A stretch of 64,000 nucleotides of DNA. Origin: Bacteriovoracaceae bacterium (GTDB lineage Bacteria > Bdellovibrionota > Bacteriovoracia > Bacteriovoracales > Bacteriovoracaceae). The translations under genes were made by a program, and so were the position numbers. Where the stretch lies: positions 1,440,001-1,504,000 of the forward strand of contig JBLWTJ010000001.1 of NCBI GenBank assembly GCA_048270185.1, written 5' to 3'. Positions 40,672-50,828 of the stretch are shown here, one piece after another. Position 1 is the stretch's first letter. The number at the start of each line of letters is the position of its first letter. The notes under the pieces were generated by a model. That model was not told where the DNA came from. It searched no databases and saw only the letters and a program-made list of their open reading frames with translations.

Positions 40672-40974
40672 CTAATTATCGTATTTAATAACCGATGATG
40701 ATTCCATCAATTCAGTCAGTGATTCAATTGCAAATTCAATGGCCTGATCACCATATGGAATCGATGAATTCTTTTGGCAAAAATGAGATTGTTTAACGAG
40801 TGAGGCACAAATTCTCATCACTTCAGCTGTACCATCAAAATAATCCGCTTCTTCATCCGTTGTTACAATATGGGCCATAAGCATATTAATTGTTTTAATA
40901 GCTCTGAGTTGTGCCTGAGTAAGTTCTGATGTGTCGATATCTATTGTGAGCTTACCGTGGTTTTCCATTTCCAT
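40672..40974 (-). CDS. Hypothetical protein
   Basis: Likely start 40974 after GGAG (track ORF to 41004); has its own terminator and a sigma28-like promoter. Confidence 0.7.
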   Translation of the reverse strand: MEMENHGKLTIDIDTSELTQAQLRAIKTINMLMAHIVTTDEEADYFDGTAEVMRICASLVKQSHFCQKNSSIPYGDQAIEFAIESLTELMESSSVIKYDN

Positions 40975-41020
40975 TATCTTTCTCCAAAGAATTAATTTAT
41001 TCATCCCTCATACACAGTTC

Positions 41021-41047
41021 ATATCGGCTAGCTTTCTTGAAATATTA
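41021..41047 (-). promoter_or_regulatory. Putative sigma28 promoter
   Basis: TAAT-N15-GCCGATAT. Confidence 0.55.
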
Positions 41048-41072
41048 GTAATTTATGTCTGACAAAATTAAT

Positions 41073-41101
41073 TTGACATAATCCGCTTTGGGTAATATAT
41101 T
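41073..41101 (+). promoter_or_regulatory. Sigma70 promoter of tRNA-fMet
   Basis: TTGACA-N17-TATATT, 13 nt before the tRNA. Confidence 0.7.
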
Positions 41102-41114
41102 GATTTTACTTTGT

Positions 41115-41180
<66 letters not shown>

Positions 41181-41190
<10 letters not shown>

Positions 41191-41371
41191 ATTTCTTAAA
41201 TAAAAAATCCAGTCATTTACCTCACTTACCGTCATTTAAAAATTGGCGCTAACGCTTATTTTTAAATTTTGCACGTTAAGCTCCTCAGCGTCATAAAGCC
41301 TCGCTTCATGAACGCAGGGACAACCCGCAACCAATTTCTTAAATAAAAAATCCAGTCATTTACCTCACTTA
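41181..41371 (+). repeat. 48-bp exact direct repeat containing the tRNA 3' end
   Basis: CCCGCAACCAATTTCTTAAATAAAAAATCCAGTCATTTACCTCACTTA at 41181-41228 and 41324-41371. Confidence 0.92.
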
Positions 41372-41419
41372 ACTCTTCATCATATCCAATTACAACAAAT
41401 AACAACTATTCAACTCTTT

Positions 41420-42655
41420 TTGTTTGTAGTATTTCTTAAAATAACCACTATGAGAGATAATTTAAAAACACTACTTATTCATTTCACCAATGTCATGGCA
41501 ATGTCATCCCTATCAATGTATCTCATTCGCCATTATGAATATGTGAATAAGTCACTTTTGTATTATTTAATCTTTCCCATCTCAACTCTCTACATTGCGT
41601 TTTATTACTTCGATGCAAAGAAACAATTTGATCTGAGAAATCTATGTTCTCTCTTACCATCAATTACAATTATGCTTGTTCTTGTTTATTCATTCGGAGG
41701 AATTCACGCTCCAGGAGTATTTTGGCTGGCCGGAATACCTATTTTTAGCGCAATCTTTTTTCAAAAAAGAGGAATGCTAATTGGAACTTCCTTAGTTATT
41801 ATTATTCTTGGATTATTTTATGGCCTTGAAAAAGAAATATTAGCAATAACAAAACCAGTCCCTCTAGAACTCTATCTTCAAGAAAAGAGAATGAATGTCC
41901 TTCATTTTTGTATTGTGATCAATGTCTTTTTTTTCTATTACATAACTCTTGAGAAGAAGGTTAAAAGTGAACTTGAAAAATCTAATGAACAACTTGATAC
42001 ACTTCTTCATGTAGTTCTTCACGACCTTTCAAACCCTATCACTGTATTAAAGTTAAAATTTTCGGGACTAAAAAGAAAGTATCTTCTAAGAGACAATGAA
42101 CAAGAGCAAGTTAATCGATCATTTCTAAAAATTGAAGAGATTATCAGTAATGTCAGAAGCTTCCAAATTAGTTCAGAAAATCTTGACGAGCAAAGAGAGT
42201 TAATTTCTCAATCACAAATTGAAGATTATATTTTAACTTCTTTTAACCAGCTTAATTCAAAGTCATTAATTCTCAAGTTTGAAGGAAGCTTTCGCTCTCG
42301 CTTCAAATGTGTTCCCTCTATCCTCAGGGACCATATTTTAGCGAATTTAATTTCAAACGCTGTAAAATTTAGTTACGAAAACTCAACGATTAAGGTTATC
42401 TTTCAAGAAGCTTCAGATGATATTGAAATCAGTATCATTGACGAAGGAATAGGTATCCCAATATCCATCCAAGAGTCCATTTTTGAGTTCGATAAGAAGA
42501 CTACAAGGCTTGGTACGAATGGAGAAGTCGGAACGGGTTACGGACTTCCAATTGTCCATTATTTCACGGACTTATCAGGTGGAGTTCTCAATATTCTCTC
42601 CCCGGTATCCCATGATAAGGGAACAAAAATTAGCTTAGCTTTTAAGGCCAAGTAA
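41420..42655 (+). CDS. Membrane sensor histidine kinase (paralog 1)
   Basis: About 5-6 TMs; HVVLHDLSNP H-box, NLISNAVKFS, DEGIGI, GTGYGL; possible start ATG 41450. Confidence 0.9.
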   Translation: MFVVFLKITTMRDNLKTLLIHFTNVMAMSSLSMYLIRHYEYVNKSLLYYLIFPISTLYIAFYYFDAKKQFDLRNLCSLLPSITIMLVLVYSFGGIHAPGVFWLAGIPIFSAIFFQKRGMLIGTSLVIIILGLFYGLEKEILAITKPVPLELYLQEKRMNVLHFCIVINVFFFYYITLEKKVKSELEKSNEQLDTLLHVVLHDLSNPITVLKLKFSGLKRKYLLRDNEQEQVNRSFLKIEEIISNVRSFQISSENLDEQRELISQSQIEDYILTSFNQLNSKSLILKFEGSFRSRFKCVPSILRDHILANLISNAVKFSYENSTIKVIFQEASDDIEISIIDEGIGIPISIQESIFEFDKKTTRLGTNGEVGTGYGLPIVHYFTDLSGGVLNILSPVSHDKGTKISLAFKAK

Positions 42656-42714
42656 CCATAAATTTATTTCAATAATATAGATAATTTTTATAGAAGTGCT
42701 ATTGTCTTGCCCAA

Positions 42715-43941
42715 ATGAAAATTCAAACAAAACGAGAATATTTAATTGAGCGCTACCTCATTATTGCAACTTTAATAATGGTTCAATTGACTTGCCTATT
42801 TTATGGACTTGCTTACCCTCAAATTATATTTCATAGAATTTCAAAAGAAATATTCTTCTCTATTACGATACTTCAATTCGTAGGATTTATATTTTGCTAT
42901 TTCCGCAACTCTATAAATTGCATGCGTGTTATTTGTGTATATCCATCAATTGTTTTAATGATTTTAATCGTCTTCACTTTTGGAGGAATCAAATCCCCTG
43001 GTGTTCTTTGGATTACCGGAACTCCTATTTTCTTTGGAGTTTTTTATAAGAGATCGGGTATGATTATGGGATCAGGAGTGATGATTGCGACATTTACGAT
43101 CTTCTTCGCCCTTGATAAGAAGATTTCATCTTTAAGCTACCCTCTATCACTACTTGAATACGACATTCTTCTAAAGTCTAATATTGTTCAGTTTTCAATA
43201 CTAACGACAGTCTACTTCTCATTCTACGTTTGGCTCGAGTCAAATGCGAGAAGGAGAATGGGGCTAATTAATAAGAAAATAGACACACTTCTTCACGTTG
43301 TTCTACATGACCTTTCAAATCCAATTACAATTTTAAAACTTAAGATGAGTAAGCTTGCTCGTGAGTATAGTATTAATGAAAAGTCGCTGGCTCTCATTGA
43401 TAAGTCGTTTAATAAGGTCGAAGAGATCATCACAGATGTCCGAAGCTTTCAACTTGATGCTGAAAGTAATATCGGCCCTAAATCTAAAATTGACTCAAGT
43501 AAGATCAAAGAATTCTGCCGTGAGTTTTTCCATCAACATAATAATAAGAATCTAAAGTTTAATATAATTGATGAAACACAACGTGGCTTCTACTGTGAAG
43601 AAAGAGTTATGTACGATCATATTCTAAGTAATATTATGTCAAACGCAATAAAGTTTAGTTATGAAGGGCATGAGATTACCCTTAAACTTTTTAATGATTC
43701 AAATCGATTCTATATTGATATTAGCGATCAAGGAATTGGTATGTCTCAAGAGCTAATTGATCAGGTATTTCAATTTGAAAAGAAGACAAGTCGACTGGGA
43801 ACTAAGGGCGAAGTTGGGACAGGCTATGGCCTGCCAATTGTTAAATACTTCACCGACTTCTCAGATGGAAGTATTCAAATTAACTCAACAATCAATCAAG
43901 GAACGAATGTATCTCTAGCATTTAACCTTGCAAGAAATTAA
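42715..43941 (+). CDS. Membrane sensor histidine kinase (paralog 2)
   Basis: Same architecture; HVVLHDLSNP, NIMSNAIKFS, DQGIGM, GTGYGL. Confidence 0.9.
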   Translation: MKIQTKREYLIERYLIIATLIMVQLTCLFYGLAYPQIIFHRISKEIFFSITILQFVGFIFCYFRNSINCMRVICVYPSIVLMILIVFTFGGIKSPGVLWITGTPIFFGVFYKRSGMIMGSGVMIATFTIFFALDKKISSLSYPLSLLEYDILLKSNIVQFSILTTVYFSFYVWLESNARRRMGLINKKIDTLLHVVLHDLSNPITILKLKMSKLAREYSINEKSLALIDKSFNKVEEIITDVRSFQLDAESNIGPKSKIDSSKIKEFCREFFHQHNNKNLKFNIIDETQRGFYCEERVMYDHILSNIMSNAIKFSYEGHEITLKLFNDSNRFYIDISDQGIGMSQELIDQVFQFEKKTSRLGTKGEVGTGYGLPIVKYFTDFSDGSIQINSTINQGTNVSLAFNLARN

Positions 43942-44237
43942 TGAAAATTCATATTCGGTTGATTAAGAAGCTCTTGCCAATAAGAGTAGTGCTCCTTTGC
44001 TCTCTCATTTAGAGAGTGAAAGTCACTTGAAATGCTCTTAAAACAGTTTGTCCATGTCTCCTTAATCTCTTCACAGATATCGAGAGGGATAATGCTTGAA
44101 TCGACATAAGAAGAATCTAAATGCTTTAGAGTGGCAAAGTAGAAGACGTCATTGACGCTTGAGCGATGCTCCTTACAAAAGTGAAGTGCAAAAACAATCT
44201 TCTGGCTTAATGGCATATGAGAATTTGTATTATTCAT
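43938..44237 (-). CDS. Hypothetical protein
   Basis: 99 aa; GGGG RBS-like sequence; weak sigma28-like box upstream. Confidence 0.55.
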   Translation of the reverse strand: MNNTNSHMPLSQKIVFALHFCKEHRSSVNDVFYFATLKHLDSSYVDSSIIPLDICEEIKETWTNCFKSISSDFHSLNERAKEHYSYWQELLNQPNMNFH

Positions 44238-44302
44238 GTTAACCCCGTCTTTCTAGAGAAATCTTCGGAGTTAACTGAATAAAAACTTAATTATGAACGA
44301 AT

Positions 44303-44656
44303 TTATGCTGAAATTTGGTTAAAACGATCGATAACACGATCGAAACGATCTTTAATTAATTTTAGACGCAGTTCATTTTTCTCAGGAAAGCGAGTGATTC
44401 CCTTACTTAGTAAATTGATCTCGGCCTGAACATAGCGTTTTTTTAGTTTCGACTTTCTTACACTCTGTAGCTTTCCAAGATAGTTGATATTCGAAGAGGT
44501 CATCTCACTCATTTTAAGGATAATGCTCTTTTCAACTAATTCACGGCTTTCTTCGATTTCGGCAGATTGCAAGTGATTCTCGATGATTTCTAACTGCATC
44601 GTTAGGCGGCGTAATTCCCTCGATAGAGAGTCTGTTTGGATAGTTCTATTTGTCAC
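44303..44656 (-). CDS. Hypothetical coiled-coil protein
   Basis: GTG start after GGAG; 117 aa, helical. Confidence 0.55.
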   Translation of the reverse strand: MTNRTIQTDSLSRELRRLTMQLEIIENHLQSAEIEESRELVEKSIILKMSEMTSSNINYLGKLQSVRKSKLKKRYVQAEINLLSKGITRFPEKNELRLKLIKDRFDRVIDRFNQISA

Positions 44657-44755
44657 TTATTAATCTCCAGTAAATTTAAGACAAGATCTTTATACACTAA
44701 GAATGTGTTCAATAGACTGGAGTTTGAAATATAGTAAAGGGATGTCAGGAAAGTA

Positions 44756-44779
44756 GACACAGGCTTTAGAACCTGTGTC
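44756..44779 (-). terminator. Hairpin downstream of alaS
   Basis: GACACAGG-8nt-CCTGTGTC. Confidence 0.55.
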
Positions 44780-44793
44780 CAGCTTAGATATTC

Positions 44794-47364
44794 TTATAAA
44801 GATTCAATAAATTCGAGTACTTGAGAGCCTGAATTCACATCAGGAGCTCCACCTTGGGCGAAGTTAGGACGTCCACCACCACGGCCAGATACTGGCTCTA
44901 AGATTTTCTTTAGGAAATCTCCCGCTTTTATGTCCGAGTTTGACCAAACAAATGACTTCATTCCCTTCTCATCCTTAGTCAGTAGACAGATGATTTGGGC
45001 CTCACCTTTATTTATTAGTGTATCACCAAGGTCCTTAACGGCCGCAGCATCTGCATCAAGACTTGCTGCTAGTAGCTTAAATCCTTGGTAATCCTTTTTT
45101 ACTTCTTTTGTAAAATTCGTTGATCCCTTAGAAGCTTTCTCACTTGCTTCCTTGATCTTCTTCTTCATTTCAACTCTAAGATCTTTTATACGAGCAGGAA
45201 CTTCAGAAGGCTTAGTACTAAGCTCCTTTGCAGCAGCATTTAAAAGAGATGTTCTTTCTTGCATAACACGAATTGCTTCAGTTCCTGTAACGGCCTCAAT
45301 ACGACGGATACCTTTCGCAACAGAAGTTTCAGTTGTAATGACAAATAATCCAATATCCCCTGTGCGGCCAACGTGAGTACCACCACAAAGTTCAACACTT
45401 TCTTTTCCAAAAGAGATAACCCTTACGTCGCTGTCATACTTCTCACCAAATAATGCCATTGCACCATTATCAATTGCATCTTCGTATGAACAAAGTTTAG
45501 TTGTACGTGAATCATTTTGCATTATCCACTTGTTAACCAGAGCTTCAACCTTTGCTAATTCACTTGGATTAACGGCCTGTGGGTTTTGAAAGTCAAAGCG
45601 CAGGCGATCAGCAGTAACCATTGATCCTTTCTGAATAGCATGCTTTCCGATGACTTCATGAAGAGCTGCGTGAAGTAAGTGAGTAGCCGAGTGGTTTCTC
45701 ATCGATGCTTTTCGATTATTGGCATCAACAATTAATTCAATCTTCTCGCCAGTTTCAATTTCTCCAGAAATTATTTTTGCTACGTGAACATGAACATTCT
45801 TAACTTTCATTGTATCAAGAATTTGAAGCTCACCTGTTGAAGTTCTTGCTGAACCGATATCACCGGCCTGTCCACCTGATTCTCCATAAAAAGGAGTGGC
45901 GGCAGTTGCAAAATAAGTTACTTCTTCATCACGGTAAATTTTAAGAATTTCACTATCAAGCTCAAGAGAGTCATATCCAGTGAATTCAGTATCAGCGACT
46001 TCGATAAATTCAAGCTCAATTCTTTCTTGGTCAGCGGCCACTCCACCCTTGCGTGAAATAACTCGTGAAGTTTTACGATGTTCTTCGTAACACTTATCAT
46101 AATCTTCTTGAGCAAATTCAATCTTACGTGCTGTCAGCTCAGACTTGATAACTTCAAGAGGAAGACCGTGAGTTGTTACAAGCTCAAAAGCAACATTTCC
46201 CGGAAATAATTTTTGAGAGTTTGCATTTGCTTTTAACTCTTCTTCAATCTTCTCAAGACCATTTTTTACAATTGGAACAAATTCGTTAATCTCTTGTTCC
46301 ATATTATAGTGAATGGCATCACGTGCAGACTTAAGCTGTGGGTAGTAGTCAGCAAGCATTGAGATAATTTTATCAATATGTGTTTTGAAATTTGGCTTTG
46401 CGATCCCACGTGAAATACAAGCTGCAACACACTTACGGATCAGACGACGAGGAATATAACCCTGTCCTTCATTTCCTGGCATAATCCCTTCCGCAAGAAT
46501 CATGACAGAAGCACGTAAGTGATCTGAAAGCATACGTTCAGTTTGAACATCAGAATTAGATCCTAGAAGCTCTCTTGATAATTGCATTAGAGGTGCCAAT
46601 AGATCAGTTTCATAAACTGAGCCACACCCGTTCATCACCATGGCAAGTCTTTCAAGGCCTGAACCTGTATCAACTGATTTAAGAGGTAAAGGTTCAAATG
46701 TTCCATCTTTAAGCTTATTAAGCTCCATGAAAACACCAGCATTCCAGATTTCAATATAGCGGCTTACATCGTCGAAATGTCCACCTGGCTTATACTCAGG
46801 TCCATACTCTGCACCTGTGTCATAGAATACTTCCGTACATGGCCCACATGGACCGTGATCACCAGCAGGCCCCCAGAAGTTGTCATCACCAAGAACAACA
46901 ATGTGGTCCTCTGGAACACCACACTTCTTCCAAGCTTCAATCGATTCTGTATCAGGATCGATTCCTAGATCAGGGTTACCACCGTAAACAGTGAAGTATA
47001 ATTTCTTAGGATCAAAATCTAGTTCACCCACAAGTAAATCATAAGCAAGCTTACAAGCAAGTTCCTTGTAGTAATCACCGATTGACCAAGAACCAAGCAT
47101 TTCAAAAATTGTTAAGTGGTGACGGTCACCGACATCATCAATATCTTTGGTACGAATACATGGCTGATAGTTGGCCAGTCTTGGCGAAGGAGGTGTTTCT
47201 TTACCTAGAAAGTAGTTCTTTAAAGGGGCCATTCCCGAGTTAATAAATAGTAGAGTTGGATCATTTTGAGGCACAATTGAAGAGGCCGCAATTTTTAAGT
47301 GATCCATTCTTTCAAAGTAATCTAAGAACTTCTCTCTAATTTCTCGTGATGATAATGGCTGCAT
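44794..47364 (-). CDS. alaS: Alanine--tRNA ligase
   Basis: DPTLLF.NSGM, FEMLG, GPCGPC.E, EIWN.VFM, VDTG.GLERL, editing HSATH and ELCGGTH, GGG.P..AQGG. Confidence 0.96.
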   Translation of the reverse strand: MQPLSSREIREKFLDYFERMDHLKIAASSIVPQNDPTLLFINSGMAPLKNYFLGKETPPSPRLANYQPCIRTKDIDDVGDRHHLTIFEMLGSWSIGDYYKELACKLAYDLLVGELDFDPKKLYFTVYGGNPDLGIDPDTESIEAWKKCGVPEDHIVVLGDDNFWGPAGDHGPCGPCTEVFYDTGAEYGPEYKPGGHFDDVSRYIEIWNAGVFMELNKLKDGTFEPLPLKSVDTGSGLERLAMVMNGCGSVYETDLLAPLMQLSRELLGSNSDVQTERMLSDHLRASVMILAEGIMPGNEGQGYIPRRLIRKCVAACISRGIAKPNFKTHIDKIISMLADYYPQLKSARDAIHYNMEQEINEFVPIVKNGLEKIEEELKANANSQKLFPGNVAFELVTTHGLPLEVIKSELTARKIEFAQEDYDKCYEEHRKTSRVISRKGGVAADQERIELEFIEVADTEFTGYDSLELDSEILKIYRDEEVTYFATAATPFYGESGGQAGDIGSARTSTGELQILDTMKVKNVHVHVAKIISGEIETGEKIELIVDANNRKASMRNHSATHLLHAALHEVIGKHAIQKGSMVTADRLRFDFQNPQAVNPSELAKVEALVNKWIMQNDSRTTKLCSYEDAIDNGAMALFGEKYDSDVRVISFGKESVELCGGTHVGRTGDIGLFVITTETSVAKGIRRIEAVTGTEAIRVMQERTSLLNAAAKELSTKPSEVPARIKDLRVEMKKKIKEASEKASKGSTNFTKEVKKDYQGFKLLAASLDADAAAVKDLGDTLINKGEAQIICLLTKDEKGMKSFVWSNSDIKAGDFLKKILEPVSGRGGGRPNFAQGGAPDVNSGSQVLEFIESL

Positions 47365-47581
47365 ATAAATCCTTTAATCCCTAACGCTACAGAGTGCGTC
47401 ATAAAAATTGTCTATAAGTGCTGAAAATATACTATAAAATCAACTTTTCGACTACTTCTTAGCGTTAAAATATCCCCACATTTTGTGCGAAAAATAGTTA
47501 TCAAGACAGGTTAAAAAGCATATATTGAGGGCATAAGGAATTATTTAGAATAAACGCATAGAATTTAACTGGAGAAGAACG

Positions 47582-49165
47582 ATGACTCAATTTTATTCTG
47601 ATATGGGAATTAACATGAACCGACCGAATCATAAGATTCATGTCGACTCACCAAGAAGCTTTCTAATTCAAAAGACTGTTGAACTAGGAATTGGAAAACT
47701 AACAAAAGATGGTGCCCTAGTTGTTGAAACAGGAAAGCATACAGGACGAAGTGCGAATGATCGCTATATCGTTCGCGATGAGACAACAGAAAAAACTATA
47801 TGGTGGGAAAATAACTTCAAGGCCATGACTCCAGATACTTTTGCAAAGCTTAAGTCTCATGTCATCAATTTTCTAAACCAAGATCAAGACTTATATATCA
47901 CAGAAAGAAGTGTTGGTGCTGACGAAGTTCACAACCTTGGTGCAAGACTTGTAACAACTAATCCAAATCATGCACTTTTCTCAACTCACCTATTCCGTGA
48001 AAAGATGAGAGATTTCAATAATGATGATTTTACAATTCTACACGCTCCAGGATTACTTCTTGATCCAAAAGAGTTTGATCTAAGATCTGAAACAGCAATT
48101 GTGACTTGTATTAAATCAAAAATTACAATCATCGCTGGAACTCAATACGCAGGTGAAATTAAAAAAAGTATGTTTGCAGCGATGAACTATATGCTGCCAG
48201 AAACAAAGATTATGCCAACGCACTCAGGGGCATCACGCCTTGATAATGGTGAAGTATCAATCTTCTTTGGACTTTCTGGAACAGGTAAAACAACGCTATC
48301 AACAGATGTTGGCACATACCTAATCGGTGATGATGAACACGGAATCAGCGAAGCAGGAACATTCAACTTTGAAGGTGGATGTTATGCTAAAACATATAAG
48401 CTTTCAAGTGAAGGTGAACCTGAGATTTACTCAGCAGCAAATCGCTTTGGAGCACTTCTAGAAAACGTTGTTCTTGATGAGAAAACTGGTCTCGTTGATT
48501 TCTATGACAAGACACTTTCTGAAAACGGACGTGCATCTTACCCTCTAGACTTCATTGACGAACTGGAAGTAACTTCACGCGGAGATATTCCAAAGCATGT
48601 ATTCTTCCTATCGGCCGATGCCTTTGGTGTTCTTCCTCCAGTTGCAAAACTTACGAAAGAGCAAGCAATGTTCTACTTTGTCCTAGGCTATACTGCAAAA
48701 CTAGCAGGAACTGAAATTGGAGTAAAAGAGCCGACAGCGACTTTCTCTTCATGTTTTGGAGCTCCGTTTATGCTACGTCACCCAAGTGAGTACGCAAAAC
48801 TTCTTGGTGAATATATTGATAAGTTAGGATTCAATGTTTGGATGATCAACACTGGATGGACTGGTGGTGCATACGGAACAGGACAAAGGTTCCCACTCAA
48901 TATTACAAGACAGATTATTAGAAATATTCAATCGAATAATCTTGAGAAAGTTGAAACAGAAAAGGACCCAATCTTTGGACTAGAGATTCCAAAAATTGTT
49001 GGTGAAATACCAAGTACAATTTTAAATCCTCAGAAGTCTTGGGAGGATGCTGAAGCTTATACTAAGAAAGCACAAGACCTTGCTGTTAGCTTCCATAAGC
49101 AAATGAGTACATTTGGTAACTTCTATGAAGAAAATATCAATGGTGCTCCAACATTTGGAAGATAA
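47582..49165 (+). CDS. pckA: Phosphoenolpyruvate carboxykinase (ATP)
   Basis: TG.HTGRS, YAGEIKKS, FFGLSGTGKTTLS, LIGDDEHG, NFEGGCYAK. Confidence 0.96.
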   Translation: MTQFYSDMGINMNRPNHKIHVDSPRSFLIQKTVELGIGKLTKDGALVVETGKHTGRSANDRYIVRDETTEKTIWWENNFKAMTPDTFAKLKSHVINFLNQDQDLYITERSVGADEVHNLGARLVTTNPNHALFSTHLFREKMRDFNNDDFTILHAPGLLLDPKEFDLRSETAIVTCIKSKITIIAGTQYAGEIKKSMFAAMNYMLPETKIMPTHSGASRLDNGEVSIFFGLSGTGKTTLSTDVGTYLIGDDEHGISEAGTFNFEGGCYAKTYKLSSEGEPEIYSAANRFGALLENVVLDEKTGLVDFYDKTLSENGRASYPLDFIDELEVTSRGDIPKHVFFLSADAFGVLPPVAKLTKEQAMFYFVLGYTAKLAGTEIGVKEPTATFSSCFGAPFMLRHPSEYAKLLGEYIDKLGFNVWMINTGWTGGAYGTGQRFPLNITRQIIRNIQSNNLEKVETEKDPIFGLEIPKIVGEIPSTILNPQKSWEDAEAYTKKAQDLAVSFHKQMSTFGNFYEENINGAPTFGR

Positions 49166-49707
49166 TGTCTTACGAGTATTTAAAAGCACTACACTTAATT
49201 AGTATTGTTTGCTGGTTTGCAGGACTTTTCTACATTGTGCGTCTGTTTATTTATCATACAGAAGCACAAGAGAAGCCTGCTATCGAGCGAGATATTTTAA
49301 GTGCTCAATTTAAGATTATGGCCCGCAGGCTATGGTTTGGAATAACGTGGCCTGCCTGTATTGCGACAATTATTTTTGGTGCAAGCTTGATCCATAATTC
49401 GTACTGGCCAATGACAGGTCACTACTGGCTACATTTGAAGTTAACCCTTGTACTACTTCTTGTAGGCTATCAATTAAAATGTCACAGTATATTTAAAAAT
49501 CTTCAAAATGATCGTTTTGAGCACACAAGTAAGTTTTTAAGGATTTGGAATGAAGTCGCAACACTCTTTCTCTTTGCTATAGTTTTTCTAGCAGTAATTA
49601 AGAGACTTGAAGGATTAGTGTATGGAGTAGCGGGTATTTTTATCCTAGCGATTTTCCTAATGATTGCCATTCGATTATATAGAAAAGCGAGATTGAAAAA
49701 TGAGTAA
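49165..49707 (+). CDS. hemJ: Protoporphyrinogen IX oxidase HemJ (CopD-like family)
   Basis: KALH.I..V.WFAGLFY..RLF.YH, W...KL, R..NE..T. Confidence 0.9.
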   Translation: MSYEYLKALHLISIVCWFAGLFYIVRLFIYHTEAQEKPAIERDILSAQFKIMARRLWFGITWPACIATIIFGASLIHNSYWPMTGHYWLHLKLTLVLLLVGYQLKCHSIFKNLQNDRFEHTSKFLRIWNEVATLFLFAIVFLAVIKRLEGLVYGVAGIFILAIFLMIAIRLYRKARLKNE

Positions 49708-49945
49708 GATTGTAAAAGGTGGACTCTACCAACACTATAAAGGCATGAATTATATCGTTCATGATATTGTTCGCCACTCTGAAACACTTGAAGAATTAGT
49801 TTTCTATGAATGTCTTTATGAAAATGACCTAGGTAAATTATGGGTTAGACCTCTTGAAATGTTCATTGAAACAGTTGAGGTGGGCGGTGAAATAACTCCA
49901 AGATTTAAGTATATCGGTGATCAAAAAGGCAACTCAAGGCTATGA
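49700..49945 (+). CDS. DUF1653 domain protein
   Basis: G.Y.HYKG..Y.V....RHSET.E..V.Y..LY.....WVRP..MF. Confidence 0.9.
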   Translation: MSKIVKGGLYQHYKGMNYIVHDIVRHSETLEELVFYECLYENDLGKLWVRPLEMFIETVEVGGEITPRFKYIGDQKGNSRL

Positions 49946-50760
49946 TTCCTGCGAGGCACATTAAGCTTCATAAAGTAAAAAAACTTTCTTCTTGGAGAAA
50001 GGTTTCAATCAATACTTGGAAAAAACCAGTTGATCCTTCTACATTTGGACTTCTCAAATTTGAAGCTGCAAACTTCAAAGTTTATGCAAAAGATAACCAT
50101 GTCACTATTACTCAACTTTTCACTAAAGTTGTAGCACAAGTTTTTGCAGAAAACCCACAAGTTAATCGCTTAGTAAGAGGGGCAAATCTTTATCAGAGAG
50201 AGAATGTCGATATTTTTTTACAAGTCTCTGTTGACCATGAAGGGCAAGACCTCTCAGGAACAGTCATTCGCAGTGCTGACAAGAAAACAGTATTTGAAAT
50301 TAGAGATGAGCTTAAGGCCGCGGCCAACGATATTCGTAAAGATCACGATAAGTCTTTTAAGAAAGTTAAAAAGATTGTGTCACTGATCCCAAATTTTGTA
50401 ACACGCCCACTTTTAAATATTCTAGATTTTATTCTTTACCGCCTTAATTTATATACTGACCTCTTCGGAGTGAAGCAAGACCCATTTGGTTCTTGCATGA
50501 TTACAAGTGTAGGTAATTTTGGAGCTGAGTTTGCCTTTGCTCCTATCCCCACGATCTCACACGTTCCAATCGTTATGAGTCTTTTTAAAATTAAAGAAGA
50601 AGCTGTTGCTATTGAAGGCAGAGTTGAAGTTCAGCAAATCCTTACAGTTGGCGTCACACTTGATCACCGAATCATTGATGGAGTCTATGCCAGCAGAATC
50701 ATTGCAGGGCTTAGAAAGTACATCTCAAACCCTCAACTAATTGAAAACACACGCGTCTAA
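49942..50760 (+). CDS. Stand-alone 2-oxoacid dehydrogenase E2-type acyltransferase catalytic domain
   Basis: GS.MITSVG, TLDHRIIDG; no lipoyl or E3-binding domain. Confidence 0.85.
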   Translation: MIPARHIKLHKVKKLSSWRKVSINTWKKPVDPSTFGLLKFEAANFKVYAKDNHVTITQLFTKVVAQVFAENPQVNRLVRGANLYQRENVDIFLQVSVDHEGQDLSGTVIRSADKKTVFEIRDELKAAANDIRKDHDKSFKKVKKIVSLIPNFVTRPLLNILDFILYRLNLYTDLFGVKQDPFGSCMITSVGNFGAEFAFAPIPTISHVPIVMSLFKIKEEAVAIEGRVEVQQILTVGVTLDHRIIDGVYASRIIAGLRKYISNPQLIENTRV

Positions 50761-50828
50761 GCTTTAGACGCCATGATACTTCTTACAAGAGTCAATGAAT
50801 TTCGACTAACCTCAGGTATTGTGGAAGT

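Noticed and set aside
41372..44700. Intact genomic island or prophage after tRNA-fMet
   Set aside because: No integrase or phage genes, and I found no distal third copy of the tRNA 3' repeat.
44665..44722. CTCCAGT/ACTGGAG inverted repeat masking the RBS of the 44656 gene
   Set aside because: Only 7 bp across a 44-nt loop; could be chance and no TSS support is available.
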